64,000 nt of DNA from Octopus sinensis (GCF_006345805.1 NC_043021.1:4030001-4094000); one strand, 5' to 3'. Counted from the stretch's first letter, positions 1-12,625 are shown. The notes: generated by a model not told the origin, from the sequence alone. Made by a program: numbers and translations.

Positions 1-77
1 GCTAAGCATTTCGCCCGTCGTGCTAACGATTCTGCCAGCTCGCCGCTGGCAGGTACCGTTCAAGCACTAATATAATC

Positions 78-362
78 CAAGGCTCAGTGGTTGGAGAGTC
101 GGGCTCACAACCATGAGGTAGTAAGTTCGATTCCAGGATGGAGCTGTATGTCGTGTTCTTGAGCAAGACACTGTAGAAATGAGTTGTGATGTCATTGGTG
201 CCAAGCTGTATTGGCCTTTGCCTTTCCCTTGGATAACATCGGTGGTATGGAGAGGGGGAGGCTGGTATGTATGGATGACTGATGGTCTTCCATAAACAAC
301 CTTGCCTGGACTTGTGCCTTGAAGGGTAACTTTCTAGGTACAATCCCATGGTCATTCATAAC
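78..362 (+). mobile_element. tRNA-headed SINE (family E), diverged
   Basis: A-box-like ggctcagtggttgg, B-box-like gttcgattcc, then CORE-like gtgttcttgagcaagacac. Confidence 0.6.
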
Positions 363-394
363 CGAATGGGGTCTTTACCTTATAGATAACCTAT

Positions 395-776
395 GGCACT
401 CCGTCGGTTATTTTGACGAGGGTTCCAGTTGATCCATTCGACGGAACAGCCTGCTCGTGAAATTAACGTGCAAGTGACTGAGCACTCCACAGACACGTGT
501 ACCATTAACGTAGTTCTCGGGGAGATTCAGCGTGACACAGAGTGTGACAAGGCTGGCTCCTTTGAAATACAGGTACAACAGAGAAAGAAGAAAGAAGAGT
601 GAGAGAAAGTTGTGGTGAAAGAGTACAGCAGGGTTCATCACCACCCACTGCCGGAGCCTCGTGAAACCTTAGGTGCTTTCGCTCAATAAACACTCAGAAC
701 GCCCGGTCTGGGAATCGAAACCGAGATCCTACGACCGCGAGTCCGCTGCCCTAACCACTGGGCCATTGTGTCTCCA
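395..776 (-). mobile_element. tRNA-headed SINE, family C
   Basis: Minus strand starts ggagacacaatggcccagtggttagggcagcggactcgcggtcgtaggatctcggtttcgattccc (A and B boxes); near-identical copy at 24551-24915. Confidence 0.85.
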
Positions 777-999
777 CTATATAGCTAACCGCATCGAATG
801 GTAAGGAATAACCTGGAACTATTTAACGTAAATAATCCAAATGTGTTTCGTCCGATGGGTAAATCCTGGGTTCGCTTCGTTGGATTATAAACAAATAACT
901 GAGTGTATATCCAAGACAATTCAATTAAATAAAGAGAATCTACACAGTTTTATTATCACAGTCCTTTATGTAGCACATCTAATTTAAAGCTCTGCCCGA

Positions 1000-1560
1000 C
1001 ATCTGTTTCTGGTGCATGGAGCTCTCGCAATGTAGTTTTCTTTTGCATCTTGTTTGTTCCTCTTCATCCAGATTTCATTCAGGTTAAGCACAGGTCTATG
1101 CAGCTTTATTCAAGGAGTTGCTACTATTAAAATTTGGAGCGAACTCAAGTATAACTGTGACAAGAACTTTGCTGTTAGTAGCTCAGTCCCTCCAAATGTT
1201 TCAGACGTCACAGGTTCACTGTCACATCCTGATACTTCAGGGCTTTGTTCTGTTCGGCAGCATTCAGGATATAGGAGGGAGCAAATGAGTCAAAGACGGT
1301 GGGGTCCCAGATGAGGCATAAGGGACGGTTAATTTGGAGTGCAAACAATACTATACTGTGGTATAATGCGGTATTCGGTCGGCAAATAACATTCCCGTAA
1401 AAATTTTCGAAGCTTTGGATAAGAATTTCTTAAAATTTAGTAAGTACAGTAGGATCTTCTTCAATCGGCACACGGTTAAATTTGCATTTTCCACTAGCAA
1501 AATCTTAGCCTAAATGATCACGGCGCATACGATAAGGAGGATATCTCAATTGCATAACAT
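1000..1560 (-). mobile_element. Degenerate RLE-endonuclease region of a CRE-like non-LTR retrotransposon
   Basis: Frameshifted minus-strand translation RRDHL..NRVPIEEDPTVL..RPN..RPLCLIWDPTVFDSFAPSY..AAEQNKALKY..EPVTSETFGG..AKFLSQL resembles the CRE RLE pattern WD.T..D..A.SY / KY / P...ET.G. Confidence 0.45.
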
Positions 1561-1876
1561 TAAAAACTCTAGTAAAATAGATAATAAAAACAATGATCAT
1601 AATGATAACAATGACCATAATGATAACAATAATGATATCCCCGTGATACGTTTATATTTGTATTTACTCCAAAATCTCGCGTGTTCATGATTTTATCATG
1701 TTTTCATTCAAGATGAAGACGACATCTTATTTACTTTACACATTATACTGTGGATATTTTATAATCTTTTTTTAACACCGTTTTAAACCTAACCCTTATT
1801 AGTAAGTAGGATCTTTTAGTATGTTTATGTTTCTCACATATTTTTTATAGATCCGCATAATTTGTCGTACATATAT

Positions 1877-2285
1877 ACTCTTTTTACTCTTTTACTTGTT
1901 TCAGTCATTTGACTGCGGCCATGCTGGAGCACCGCCTTTTAATCGAGCAAATCGACCCCGGGACTTATTCTTTGTAAGCCCAGTACTTATTCTATCGGTC
2001 TCTTTTGCCGAACCGCTAAGTAACGGGGACATAAACACACCAGCATCGGTTGTCAAGCAATGCTAGGTGGACAAACACAGACACACAAACACACGCACGC
2101 ATATATATACATACATATATACGACGGGCTTCTTTCAGTTTCCGTCTACCAAATCCACTCACAAGGCTTTGGTCGGCCCGAGGCTATAGCAGAAGACACT
2201 TGCCCAAGATGCCACGCAGTGGGACTGAACCCGGAACCATGTTGTTGGTTAGCAAGCTACTTACCACACAGCCACTCCTGCGTCT
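1877..2285 (-). mobile_element. Full-length SINE family A
   Basis: tRNA-like head, internal (TA)/(TG) linker, 3' hairpin cagtc-aaat-gactg and GAGTAAAA repeat tail; CpGs intact; many copies in window. Confidence 0.9.
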
Positions 2286-3176
2286 ATTATATTTTTAATA
2301 TTTTTGGTGTATCCGTAATTTTGAAATTTTTTGTATTGTTTCGATATATTTTTTTTATTTCATCTAGTTTCAGCTCACGAGCTGTGGCCATGCTGGGGCA
2401 CCGGCATTTATTGAACTTTTTAATGAGAGAAGCACTCAATATACTATACAACTTCTTTTGGCTCGGTTTATATTGCAATACTTTTGAATTGTCGAACTTA
2501 TCTGATTTCTCATCTTTAATTCGAAAAATAATATATATACCCATTGTCTCAGGTTCAATACTTGAGCACTTCCCAACACTGTCTGTAACAATAACAATAA
2601 TATATACATGTGTGTATATATGTATGTATGTATAAAAGTATATGTGTATACACACACGCACACACAAACCGGTTGGGTGAATATAGTTGCGTACGAACTA
2701 ACGAAGCGTTAGTATGCAGTGTGTATTGGAATGTAATAGGAATTTTACAAGAATCAACTGAACAGCAGCATATGAAATACAAGTAGTTTTTGTTGTTGCA
2801 GTTGTTTGTTTGTTTGTTTATTATCGATTTGAAAGACTTGGAAGAGCAGCAGCAGCAGCCACGACCCGTTTCAAGGCAAGCAAAAAGAAGTAGAAGAAAA
2901 AAGGTAAAAAAATGAAGTTGAAAAAAAAAAAAACCTGGTGGGAAGATGTTGTTCACAGCTGCGTGACTCGAATGTCTGCGATTCCGTTAAAACAGGGGAT
3001 TCCCCGAGTAGAATATATTTTACCCCTCCTGGGGGTAAAATTGCTGATTCAGGACTTGTTTTCAATGAGAATTCTTAGAAAGAATTTGAAGTTTAGGAGA
3101 GTAAGAAATTGAAAATTCTTTTTTCTTTTTCTATTAGAGTGAAGGCGAGTGGCGTAAGGTGAGGGCATTATAGGCA

Positions 3177-3592
3177 AGGCGGCGAGTTGGCAGAATCGTT
3201 AGCACGCCGGGCGAAATGCTTTGCGGTATTTCGTCTGCCGTTACGTTCTGAGTTCAAATTCCGCCGAGGTCGACTTTGCCTTTCATCCTTTCGGGGTCGA
3301 TAAATTAAGTACCAGTTACGCACTGTGGTCGATGTAATCGACTTAATACCTATGTCTGTCCTTGTTTGTCCCCTCTCTGTTTAGCCCCTTGTGGGTAGTA
3401 AAGAAATCGGTATTTCGTCTGCCGTTACGTTCTGAGTTCAAATTCCGCCGAGGTCGACTTTGCCTTTCATCCTTTATGGGTCGATTAAATAAGTACCAGT
3501 TACGCACTGGGGTCGATATAATCGACTTAATCCCTTTGTCTGTCTTTGTTTGTCCCCTCTCTGTTTAGCCCCTTGTGGGTAGTAAAGAAATA
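3177..3592 (+). mobile_element. SINE family B, head plus two 184-bp bodies
   Basis: Bodies start at ggtatttcg (3225 and 3409); flanked by ggcattataggca (3164-3176) and ggtattataggca (3593-3605). Confidence 0.9.
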
Positions 3593-3784
3593 GGTATTAT
3601 AGGCATCTTCGTAAGATGGTGGTTTCGAATCGCAAACCGGATGGTGTTTTGTGGTTTTTAAGAAACTCAAAAACTAATCAGGCGACAGCGTTAAACAATG
3701 AAACAGATGAAGCATGAAAGTCTGATTAGTATTACCTTTAGTCATACCTTTTGCACAGAATGTGTGTGTGTGTCTACAGTCAAT

Positions 3785-3980
3785 TTACAAAACTAATAAA
3801 ATAAACAGGCAAGAAGAGGACGTGCACAAGGAAAGTATTAGTTTGACGCCTGGTGAAAAGAGAGAGCCTGACGTTTCGAGCACAGCTCTTCGTTGGAAAG
3901 GAGAAAAGGAATACTCTAAAGAAGGAAGAGAAATCGCCAACAGCACGTGCGTAGTTACATTGCTGAAGTGACCGGAAATA
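3785..3980 (-). mobile_element. Penelope-LTR-like short element with hammerhead-like motif
   Basis: Minus strand ccaacgaagagc-tgt-gctcgaaacgtc at 3866-3901; flanked by (TG)n/(CA)n; same layout as 12432, 43330 and 45393 elements. Confidence 0.55.
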
Positions 3981-4140
3981 CACACACACACACACACACA
4001 TATATCTATACATATATAAATATATATATACATACTTATATATATGCAAATATATGTATATACATAAATATATATATGCACATATATATATATACATATA
4101 TATACATATGTATATGGAGATATATATATATACACATGTA

Positions 4141-4259
4141 TCTACATATATAAAAAGAACCAGGCAAAGAAGACGAACAAAAGAAGGGGAAAAGGAGACA
4201 ACACGCACAAAACAACAACACCACCAAAACCCGAGCGAAGCACGGGTTAAAATAGCTAG
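4141..4259 (+). mobile_element. Mini non-autonomous Helitron (119 bp)
   Basis: A|TC...CTAG|T termini and subterminal hairpin acccg-agcgaagca-cgggt. Confidence 0.7.
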
Positions 4260-4272
4260 TATATATATATAT

Positions 4273-4541
4273 ATATATAACTGAGAAATGTGAGATATAT
4301 ATATGAGATAATAGTTTCACTTTAATAGTTTCAGTATTAATAGTGAAACTATTAAACTGAAAGTATCTCACATTACAATATAGATGCTATGGTTTCACTT
4401 TTGACAGGTAATAGACAAGAAGTTGAAATTTGGCCCATGACATTGCATGGGCCCTAAGTAAGGCATGTGTAAAATTTGAATGAAATCGACTGGGTAGTTC
4501 TCGAGTTTTAGATGCGGACAGACACATTCTCAGTTATATAT
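4273..4541. mobile_element. Helitron/HINE-like or MITE element with inverted ends
   Basis: atatataactgagaaatgtg (4273-4292) and cacattctcagttatatat (4523-4541); internal hairpin ggcccatg-acattg-catgggcc. Confidence 0.55.
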
Positions 4542-5297
4542 GGGTTAAAATACACATCCTACAAATATGCACTCAAAGCATAAAAAATAATTGCCCACAA
4601 ACCAGCCACGGGAATAGAATCAAGCATCTGTTTTAGTCCAGTAATTTTAAACATACAGTATTGTATATAATACAAGAAAAATTTATCACATTGGCAACCA
4701 CCGGATAATATTTTACATTTAACTTACAATGTAGAATGTTCCCTTCATCAGCTGCTATTGTAGAAATAACGATTTCGACACTCCTTCCGACAGACCCGCA
4801 CCCTCATGTAGTGTTGAGCCTCAATGATATCATCACAGAATCTCCGGCTTCTTTAGGTTAACACTGTATCTTGAGTTTGTTTCTTCCTTCTATTATATAT
4901 GTAGTTACCACACCAAACCGGAATCATGTGTATCAAACAATACACATATTGTGTGTACACGGACATATATGCATACATATGCACACACAGACAGACATAT
5001 ATGCATAGACACACATATACTCACACACATTACATGCACACGATCATACACTATCATCAACAGAGACATACGTGTATGTGGTGGCGGTGGTGGTTGTACA
5101 ACCCAGAAAATACGTCCGTGCAAACCTAACAATGTATGTGTGTATGTATCTCTCTCTCTCTTTCTCACACACACACATATGCATACGAGAGAAATCTCTG
5201 AAAACTTAAAAATAAGGTATCATTGTTTTCTTTTAAATTTTCGATCTAAGGGAATCTTTTCAAAAGTTACAGTAGAGCATACATCTTTAAAAAAAAG

Positions 5298-5585
5298 ACT
5301 CCGCCGGTTACGACGACGAGGGTCCCAGCTGATACGATCAACGGAACAGCTTGCTCGTGAAATTAACGTGCAAATGGCTGAGCATTCCACAGACACGTGT
5401 ACCCTTAACGTAGTTCTCGGGGATAATCAGCGTGACACAGAGAGTGACAAGGCTGACCCTTTGAAATACAAGTACAACTCATTTTTGCCAGCTGAGTGGA
5501 CTGGAGCAACGTGAAATAAAGTGTCTTGCTCAAGGACACAACGCGTCGCCGGGAATCGAACTCACAACCTTACGATCATGAGCCG
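5298..5585 (-). mobile_element. SINE family C2 (CORE-like middle, same 3' body as family C)
   Basis: B box gttcgattccc, gtgtccttgagcaagacac, then the body shared with 395-600; older copies at about 9905-10140 and 49075-49330. Confidence 0.8.
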
Positions 5586-5879
5586 AAAGAGCATACACAC
5601 ACACACACACACACACACATATATCTTTTAAATCCGTTTATGGTAACGTTAAAGATATGCAAACAAAGCTCCTATTTCATTATGCCGGCTACCGTCAGTT
5701 TTTTGGGGTTGCATCATGGTTTTACCGATATAATCTAGGAGAAATATAATAATAACAATAATTCCAAGATGGAATTTATAAATATTCTATACATCGCTAC
5801 GGGCATTTCCGAAATTCCCATGACTTTAACATCACTAAAAACACCCCCATCCCTATGTTACTACCATTCCTTCTTCTAC

Positions 5880-6165
5880 TCCCACCACCTAACTACTCCC
5901 TACCATGTACACACAGAAATATCCACATGGCTAGATTAGCCTTCATACTGGAAATAAGGGCTAAACATCCCTCTGTGATTCATCCATTAATGCAGTATCG
6001 CCTGATGAAATGAACCAATCGTGATGATCACCAAGATGCCCACCGATAAATACGGACTATGCTGTACTCATCCCAAGGATGCGGACTCTGATGTTAAAGT
6101 CAAGTGATTTGTGGAAACGCGCGTAGCGATGTATTAAATATTTGTAAATCTCATCCTAGAAGTAT
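5880..6165 (+). mobile_element. Possible Penelope-like 3'/pLTR remnant
   Basis: ctgatga at 6002-6008 and gaaacgcgcgta at 6114-6125, followed by (TA)n. Confidence 0.4.
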
Positions 6166-6329
6166 TGTTGTTATATATATATATATATATCATATAATAT
6201 AATATAAATACACATTAAATACACGACATCATCGAACGTCACGCAGCCGTGTCCACAGTAAGTTCTTACACACACACATATATATATACATACATATATA
6301 CATATACATATATATATATACATACATGT

Positions 6330-6378
<49 letters not shown>

Positions 6379-6599
6379 CGCGCACGTGTGTGAAGAACTT
6401 TCTGTTTTCTCTGTAAGTGTGTATTTCTGTAAAAGTACCTTTCAGATCGAAAATTTCAAGCCGAAAAAAGAAAGAAAAAAAAAAAGAAAGAAGAAAAAGA
6501 ACAATAACGAAACAGTTATATTAAAACTGCATTATTATGGCTTTCAAATTTGCTCAATATAATCGATATCACGATTCAAAATAATCTCGAGCACCACTT

Positions 6600-6653
<54 letters not shown>

Positions 6654-7019
6654 GTGTCGGAATTTTTATGATATTCAATCAACAAGTAATGAAGGCATTG
6701 AACGTCCGCTCGCCTGATTTCATTCAATTGTGCAATTGTATTTCGTCCATTTGTGCTAAGTTTTTCCTGTGTACAGGTATGTGTATGAATATATGTGTGT
6801 ATGTGTCTTTTTGTGTGTGTGTGTGTGTGTGTGTAGTATATTTGCCACTTAAATGTGGCTAACCCTTAAGGGTGGATGCTACTGTAGCTTGTAGCCCCAG
6901 GAGGACACCTCCTCCAGCTGGCTATTGACACACTTTCTGTGTCCTATACCTCGCTCAGAGATTTATTATTGCTTATACACACACACATCTATATATATAT
7001 ATATATATATATATATGAT

Positions 7020-7415
7020 AGCTCGTTAGCCACTACTTCCCAGCTACATGGATCCTGGTTCAGTTCCACTGCATGACGCCTTGTGTAAGTGTCTTCCACT
7101 ACAGCCTTGTGAGTGGATTTGGTAGACGGAAACTGAAAGAAGCCCGTCATATATATATATATATGTATACACACACTCACGCATACGGTGTATATATATA
7201 TACTAACACATACACGTGTGTGTGTGTGTGTGTGTGTCCAAATACCTTACCGCTTGACAACTAACAACGTACCCCGCGAAACTTAGTGTCTCATTTAAAG
7301 AATAACTATCAGGTTTTAAAAATAAGTGCTGGGATTGACTCGTTAGACTAAACCTTTCAAGCTGGTGCTGCAGCATGGCCTCAGTCCAGTGACTGAAACA
7401 ACTAAAAAGTAAAAA
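7020..7415 (+). mobile_element. Old SINE family A copy
   Basis: gtgagtggatttggtagacggaaactgaaagaagcccgtc core and ...gactgaaacaactaaaaagt tail. Confidence 0.75.
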
Positions 7416-7434
7416 GGTATATATATAATACATA

Positions 7435-8328
7435 CAAGGTGCGATGGCTATATTGTCACCATTTTCATATTTTTAATTTTGCACATGCGCATGGTCTGTT
7501 TTTGATTTTGTTGACTACACAGTATAGTAGGGTCAGTTGGGTACTGTCTGTGAGGAAAACAGCTCCATGATGCAATTCACTCGGCCAGAAATTTGGAAGC
7601 GACATACTGTACTGCTTGATATTCGCGGCCGGAAGCTCCAGTATGAGCATTTCAGAGTGGTTGCGTGTCAATCTAAGGACATGTACCGAGAGGGATAAAA
7701 ATCAAACGTCCAGCCAACATAATGGTGTTTGGAGTGATCACTAGTGATGGCGACGTTATGCCTCCATTCATCTTCCCACATGGTCTCAGACTCATGGAGT
7801 TCTACATGTGTATATGTAGGAATCCATATACATGGAGTCCTACAAGTGCTGTCCTGGGTCAAGAGGGTGGCTGCTGGAAGTCCCTACGTCTGGCAACAAG
7901 ATTCTGCACCATTCCACACAAGCAGGAGAACCCAGTCATGGCTGTCAGACAATTTCTACAACCACATCGCCCCTAACATCTGGCCACCTAACTCCCCAGA
8001 CTGCAATCCCCTTGATTATCATGTGTTGGGCACAGTTGAGCGAGAGGCCAACAAAACTCCTTGTAGCACCAAAGATGAACTGAAGGCAAGGATTATGCCA
8101 GCATTCACCAACTTAAACAAGAAAACCGTCCTGAAGAGTTGTAGGAGATTCCGAAGTCGTCTAGAGGCCGTGGTTGAAGCCAATGGCGATTTTTATTGAA
8201 TAAGTTTACCCTTTAGTATTTCAAGATATTTTTATGTAATTTTGGTAAATATATCTGTTAAAATGAGATATCAGTGTTATTTTCATTTCCGCATAATTTA
8301 GACGACAGTTTATTCACCGCACCCTGTG
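7435..8328 (+). mobile_element. Internally deleted maT/DD37D-like (Tc1/mariner superfamily) transposon
   Basis: ORF 7744-8199 has WQQDSAPFH and WPPNSPDCNPLDY and ends SRLEAVVEANGDFY; degenerate TIRs caaggtgcg.. and ..cgcaccctg. Confidence 0.8.
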
Positions 8329-8544
8329 TAATGCACAAGTAAAGCAAGGAAGATTGCATGGAATGGAGAGACAAATCAATATTGTTTTGTGAAGTTAGAC
8401 AAAACAAGTGGCGGGAAAAAATATTGTAGAAAACTAAAATGGAACAGCGAAACGATATATATCCGTGTCTGTGTGTGTTCATACATACATACATATACAC
8501 ATATATATACACACACACATATACGGAATTCGAACTTAGAACGT

Positions 8545-8830
8545 AAAGACGGACGAAATGCCGCTAAGCATTTAGCCCGGCGTGCTAACGATCCTGCCAG
8601 CTAAGTATAAAATAATGATTTCAAATTTTGGCACAAAGCTAGCAATATAAGGGGAGGGGTTAAATCGATTAAATCCACTCCAGTACTCAACTGGAAATTA
8701 TTTTATGGATCCCGAAAGGATGAAAAGCAAAGTCAACTTCGGCGAAATTTGAAACGAGAACGCAAAAACGAATGAAATGCCGCTAAGCATTTTGCTCGGC
8801 GTGCTAACGTTTCTGCCAACTCTACCGCCT
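8545..8830 (-). mobile_element. Two adjacent older SINE family B pieces
   Basis: ccgctaagcatt..cggcgtgctaacg head motif twice; cgaaaggatgaaaagcaaagtc body motif. Confidence 0.7.
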
Positions 8831-8949
8831 TGTTACTGAAATACTAACTAGTCTAACGAAACACGTGGAAATTTCACATTTTACATATGCTCTTATTTGT
8901 TCTACTATGCAGCAATGAAGAATCACCACTCTGGTACAACAGAATCGCA

Positions 8950-9130
8950 AGACGGAGCCAACCAGCAGGAGACCCGGGAGTAGACCAAGAGCAAGATGGT
9001 TGGGCAATATACATAGTGTCAGTCGGACGCCCTTGGGAATCCAGCTGGCAAGGGTAACGAACCCTATGGAAGAGGTGGCTGAGGACTCTACCCACCACGA
9101 CCTTCCCAAGAAACGTGGACTTCACCATCG
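8950..9130 (+). mobile_element. RTE-clade LINE ORF C-terminal remnant
   Basis: Translation R.PGSRPRARWLGNIH matches the RTE GRPR.RW.D.I motif. Confidence 0.5.
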
Positions 9131-10181
9131 TTTTATTACGCTAGAATTTCAATTATATCTTCCATCTCGTTCCACAGTTAAGCTTGTTAAAAAGTGCAAT
9201 ACTTGACCTCATTTCATTTTTGTTAACGGTTTCGATTTTGTCTTCGGTGTAGTTCCATAGTTAAGTTAATTCAAATTGTAATAAAACGTGCGACAATGAT
9301 TATAAATTTGAGAAAACCAGATAGTCTAAAGACAGATAATGAGGAGTCACATTATATCACAGTAGATATTTCTTCCTGGGTTCATCGTCGTCATGATGCA
9401 ATAGGACAGTATTCCTCAAATACTGCGCGGCGCATTTTTAAAAAATCCCATTTAAAATTTCACCGTAAAAATGTCCATCTTTTATCTTTTACTCGTTTCA
9501 GCCATTAGACTGCGAGTACGTTGGGTCCATCGCCTTGTGTATAATATGTGGGGGGAAATCAAAATGGAACATGGAAACGATTAAGAGGAAAAGACAAAGA
9601 ACAGATAAACATGAATATCTTCTCATCAGCCATGGAAACAAAACTAAAAGTGCTATTTCGACGCGTTTAAAGTTCGAAGACTTTACATAATATATATCTG
9701 AAGTTTTGGACTTAAATTTGGGCCTTCAGATATATAGAATACAATGTTACACAACTCCTACACGAGTAGATAACCTACTAAAATGCAACATATTAAATGA
9801 TAATTTGAGGCTATTAGTTTAAAGTAAATTTAAGAAAAACGGAAACATTTGCAGATGGGTGGAAATTGAAAGTAAGGTCAAATTTGCGGCAACTACACGG
9901 GTCCACCTGTTGTCGCAAGTGGTTTAGTGATTAGGGTATTCAGCTAACGATCGTAACTTCGTAAGTTCGATACTCCAGTCTACTTAGCTAGCAAAAAATG
10001 AGTAGGACCTGTATTTCAAAAGGCCAGCCTTGTCACATTCTGTGTCACGTGCGTCTGTGGACTGCTCAGCCACTTCCACGTTAACTTCGCGAGCAAGCTG
10101 TTCCGTTGATTGAATCAACTGGAACACTCATCGTCGTAACCAACTTTTTATGTATGTGTTTGTTTGTTTGTGTGTGTGTGT

Positions 10182-10242
<61 letters not shown>

Positions 10243-11088
10243 GTGCCCTGCGCGCACACGCAAAGCAGCTAAATTACAATTTTTTAAACCTTTAATTCTG
10301 AAACTTTAAATAAACGTAAACGCAATCTTGTTATCAGCTACGCATGTAAAAAGATAAAGGAGATTGTTCTGACATGCTTCACAATTATTAACCACACATC
10401 TGAAGACATACACACACACACACACCCTTATTTTCTATCTACGAAGAGAACTTCCACCTCCTTTAAATTTCACAGTCAAATTTTATTTTAAAAAAGAATA
10501 AAACTATAGTGTAGCAACTTTAATATTATTTTGGTTCTCTACCGTTGTGTTGTGTCTAAATAGTTATTAATTTTTTTTTCAGTACACCACAAACAAACGA
10601 ATGGAAAGCAAATCAATGAAGATATTACAGCGAAGTTCAGGTTAGTGCCTGATTTAAATAGCGATTGCCATAAAATTCTCCGCGTAGATAAAAAAAAATT
10701 AAACGGGGGAAGGGGAACTTTGAAACACGTCATGACAAAATCTTTTCTTTCTCAACGAACAAAGAGAATAATAAAGCATAATTACATCTGTTTAGAGATC
10801 CGCAGCGAAAGCTTAAAAAAATGTCGCTTAACTTTTAGAAATTTACCAAAAGTCTCTAGATATATATGTATGCATGTATGTATGTATGTATGTATGTATG
10901 TATGTGTGTGTGTGTGTTGTGTATACGTTTATGTACTCGTTTTGCAAGATTTTTGAATGTGAGATCGTGTGCTGAAACAGAATGACAAAATGGAAAAGAG
11001 ACATGACCAGAGAGAAGAGGAACACGAGGAAGAGAAATGTGTGGCGAAAGAACTCTGAGAAATAAACTAATAATAATAATAATAATAT

Positions 11089-11138
<50 letters not shown>

Positions 11139-11582
11139 GCCGATACACACAGATAGAGAAATTAAGGCCTACAGACCAGATATAGTTGTCAGAGATCATG
11201 AAGAAAAAAAATGCTTTCTAATTGATGTATCAATACCGGCAGATGACAACATGTCTCTAAAAGAAATGGAGAAACTTTCAAAATACAAAGACCTGGAAAT
11301 AGAGATAACTAGAATGTGGAATCTAAAAACTAACAATTCCTATCATAGTAGGTGCATTAGGATGATAAAAAAATATTCAGACAAATACATAACAAAAACA
11401 CCAGGACTACAAACACATATAACATACAGAAAAATTGCATACTAGGCACTGCACACATCCTACGCAGAACACTTTCCATACAATAACCATCAGAGCATCA
11501 CAACAAATCACAGCCATACCCAAGGCACACAGATCTGTGCTCGGTAGTGAAGTGAAAGCACGCTATAAAAATAAAACTACTG
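11139..11582 (+). mobile_element. 5'-truncated R4/Dong retrotransposon in (TAA)n
   Basis: RPDIVVRDHEEKKCFLIDVSIPADDN..KE.EK..KYKDLEIEITRMW..IPIIVGALG RLE domain with frameshifts; (TAA)n at 11068-11138 and 11582-11608. Confidence 0.9.
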
Positions 11583-11796
11583 AATAATAATAATAATAAT
11601 AATAATAATGGTTTCCAATTTTGACACAAGACCAGCAGTTCAGAGAGAGAAGGTAAGTTGATTACATTGACCCCAGTGTTCAACTGGTATTTATTTCATC
11701 GACCCTGAAAGGATGAAAGGCAAAGTGAGCTAAAACTAAAATCAAACGGTGTGCATGTTTAATGGCAAAAAAAAAATGACTGTCCCAAATATAACG

Positions 11797-11868
<72 letters not shown>

Positions 11869-11971
11869 AAAATTGTAAGATCCAAGGACCTAGCTGTAGG
11901 AAGTTTCGGACTGTCCGTAGTAGGTGTAAAAAACAACTTTCAGGAACAAATAATAGTTTATTGGTGTAGAA

Positions 11972-12179
11972 CTGTGGTTTTCACCCTGGGGTCCACAAAG
12001 GTAGTAATGGAGGTCTATGAACTAAATTCAAAATTATATATATCTATATATATATATATAATATATATATATATTATATATATATATATATATATAAGGA
12101 TAGACATATTAAAGGGGTCCGCAGGAAAACTCATTTTTAAAAAGGGGTTGGGAACCACTGAAAAGGCCGCGAACCACTG
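11972..12179. mobile_element. hAT (Charlie-like) MITE
   Basis: Ends ctgtggtttt / gaaccactg; 8-bp TSD gtgtagaa / gtgtacaa. Confidence 0.7.
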
Positions 12180-12400
12180 GTGTACAAGGTTGTAAAAAAG
12201 TTTTTCAACAATTCACTGTTAGCAATTAGGGTTACTATGAATGCAAATAAAAACCGAAATTGAGGGAATGGAGCCGGTAAAATCCAGGCTACATATGTTT
12301 CCTACAAGCAGAACCTCGGAAGTAATCACTACCCCCCAGGTTTTGCTAGCTAGGAAACACAGGCAGCCTGGATTTTACCTGCTCCATTCCCTCAATTTGG

Positions 12401-12431
<31 letters not shown>

Positions 12432-12438
<7 letters not shown>

Positions 12439-12625
12439 AGAGAGAATTCACGAAAAAACCAAAAGACGAAGACAGGTGGTGTGGAAAACAAACAGATATA
12501 TTAGTATGACGCTCGGGAATTGAAAAAGTCTTTTACGTTTCGAGCCTACGCTCTTCTACAGAAAGGGACACCGAAAAAAACAAGGAGAGAAACATGGAGA
12601 GAAAAAAAAAATGCGTGTAGTGGCT
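12432..12625 (-). mobile_element. Penelope-LTR-like short element with hammerhead-like motif
   Basis: Minus strand cttt-ctgtaga-a-gagc-gtag-gctc-gaaac-gta-aaag (12530-12565); abuts (TA)n; homologous to 43330-43488. Confidence 0.6.

Noticed and set aside
3015-3046. 10-bp hairpin attttacccc-tcct-g-ggggtaaaat
   Set aside because: Isolated short stem, expected by chance in 64 kb
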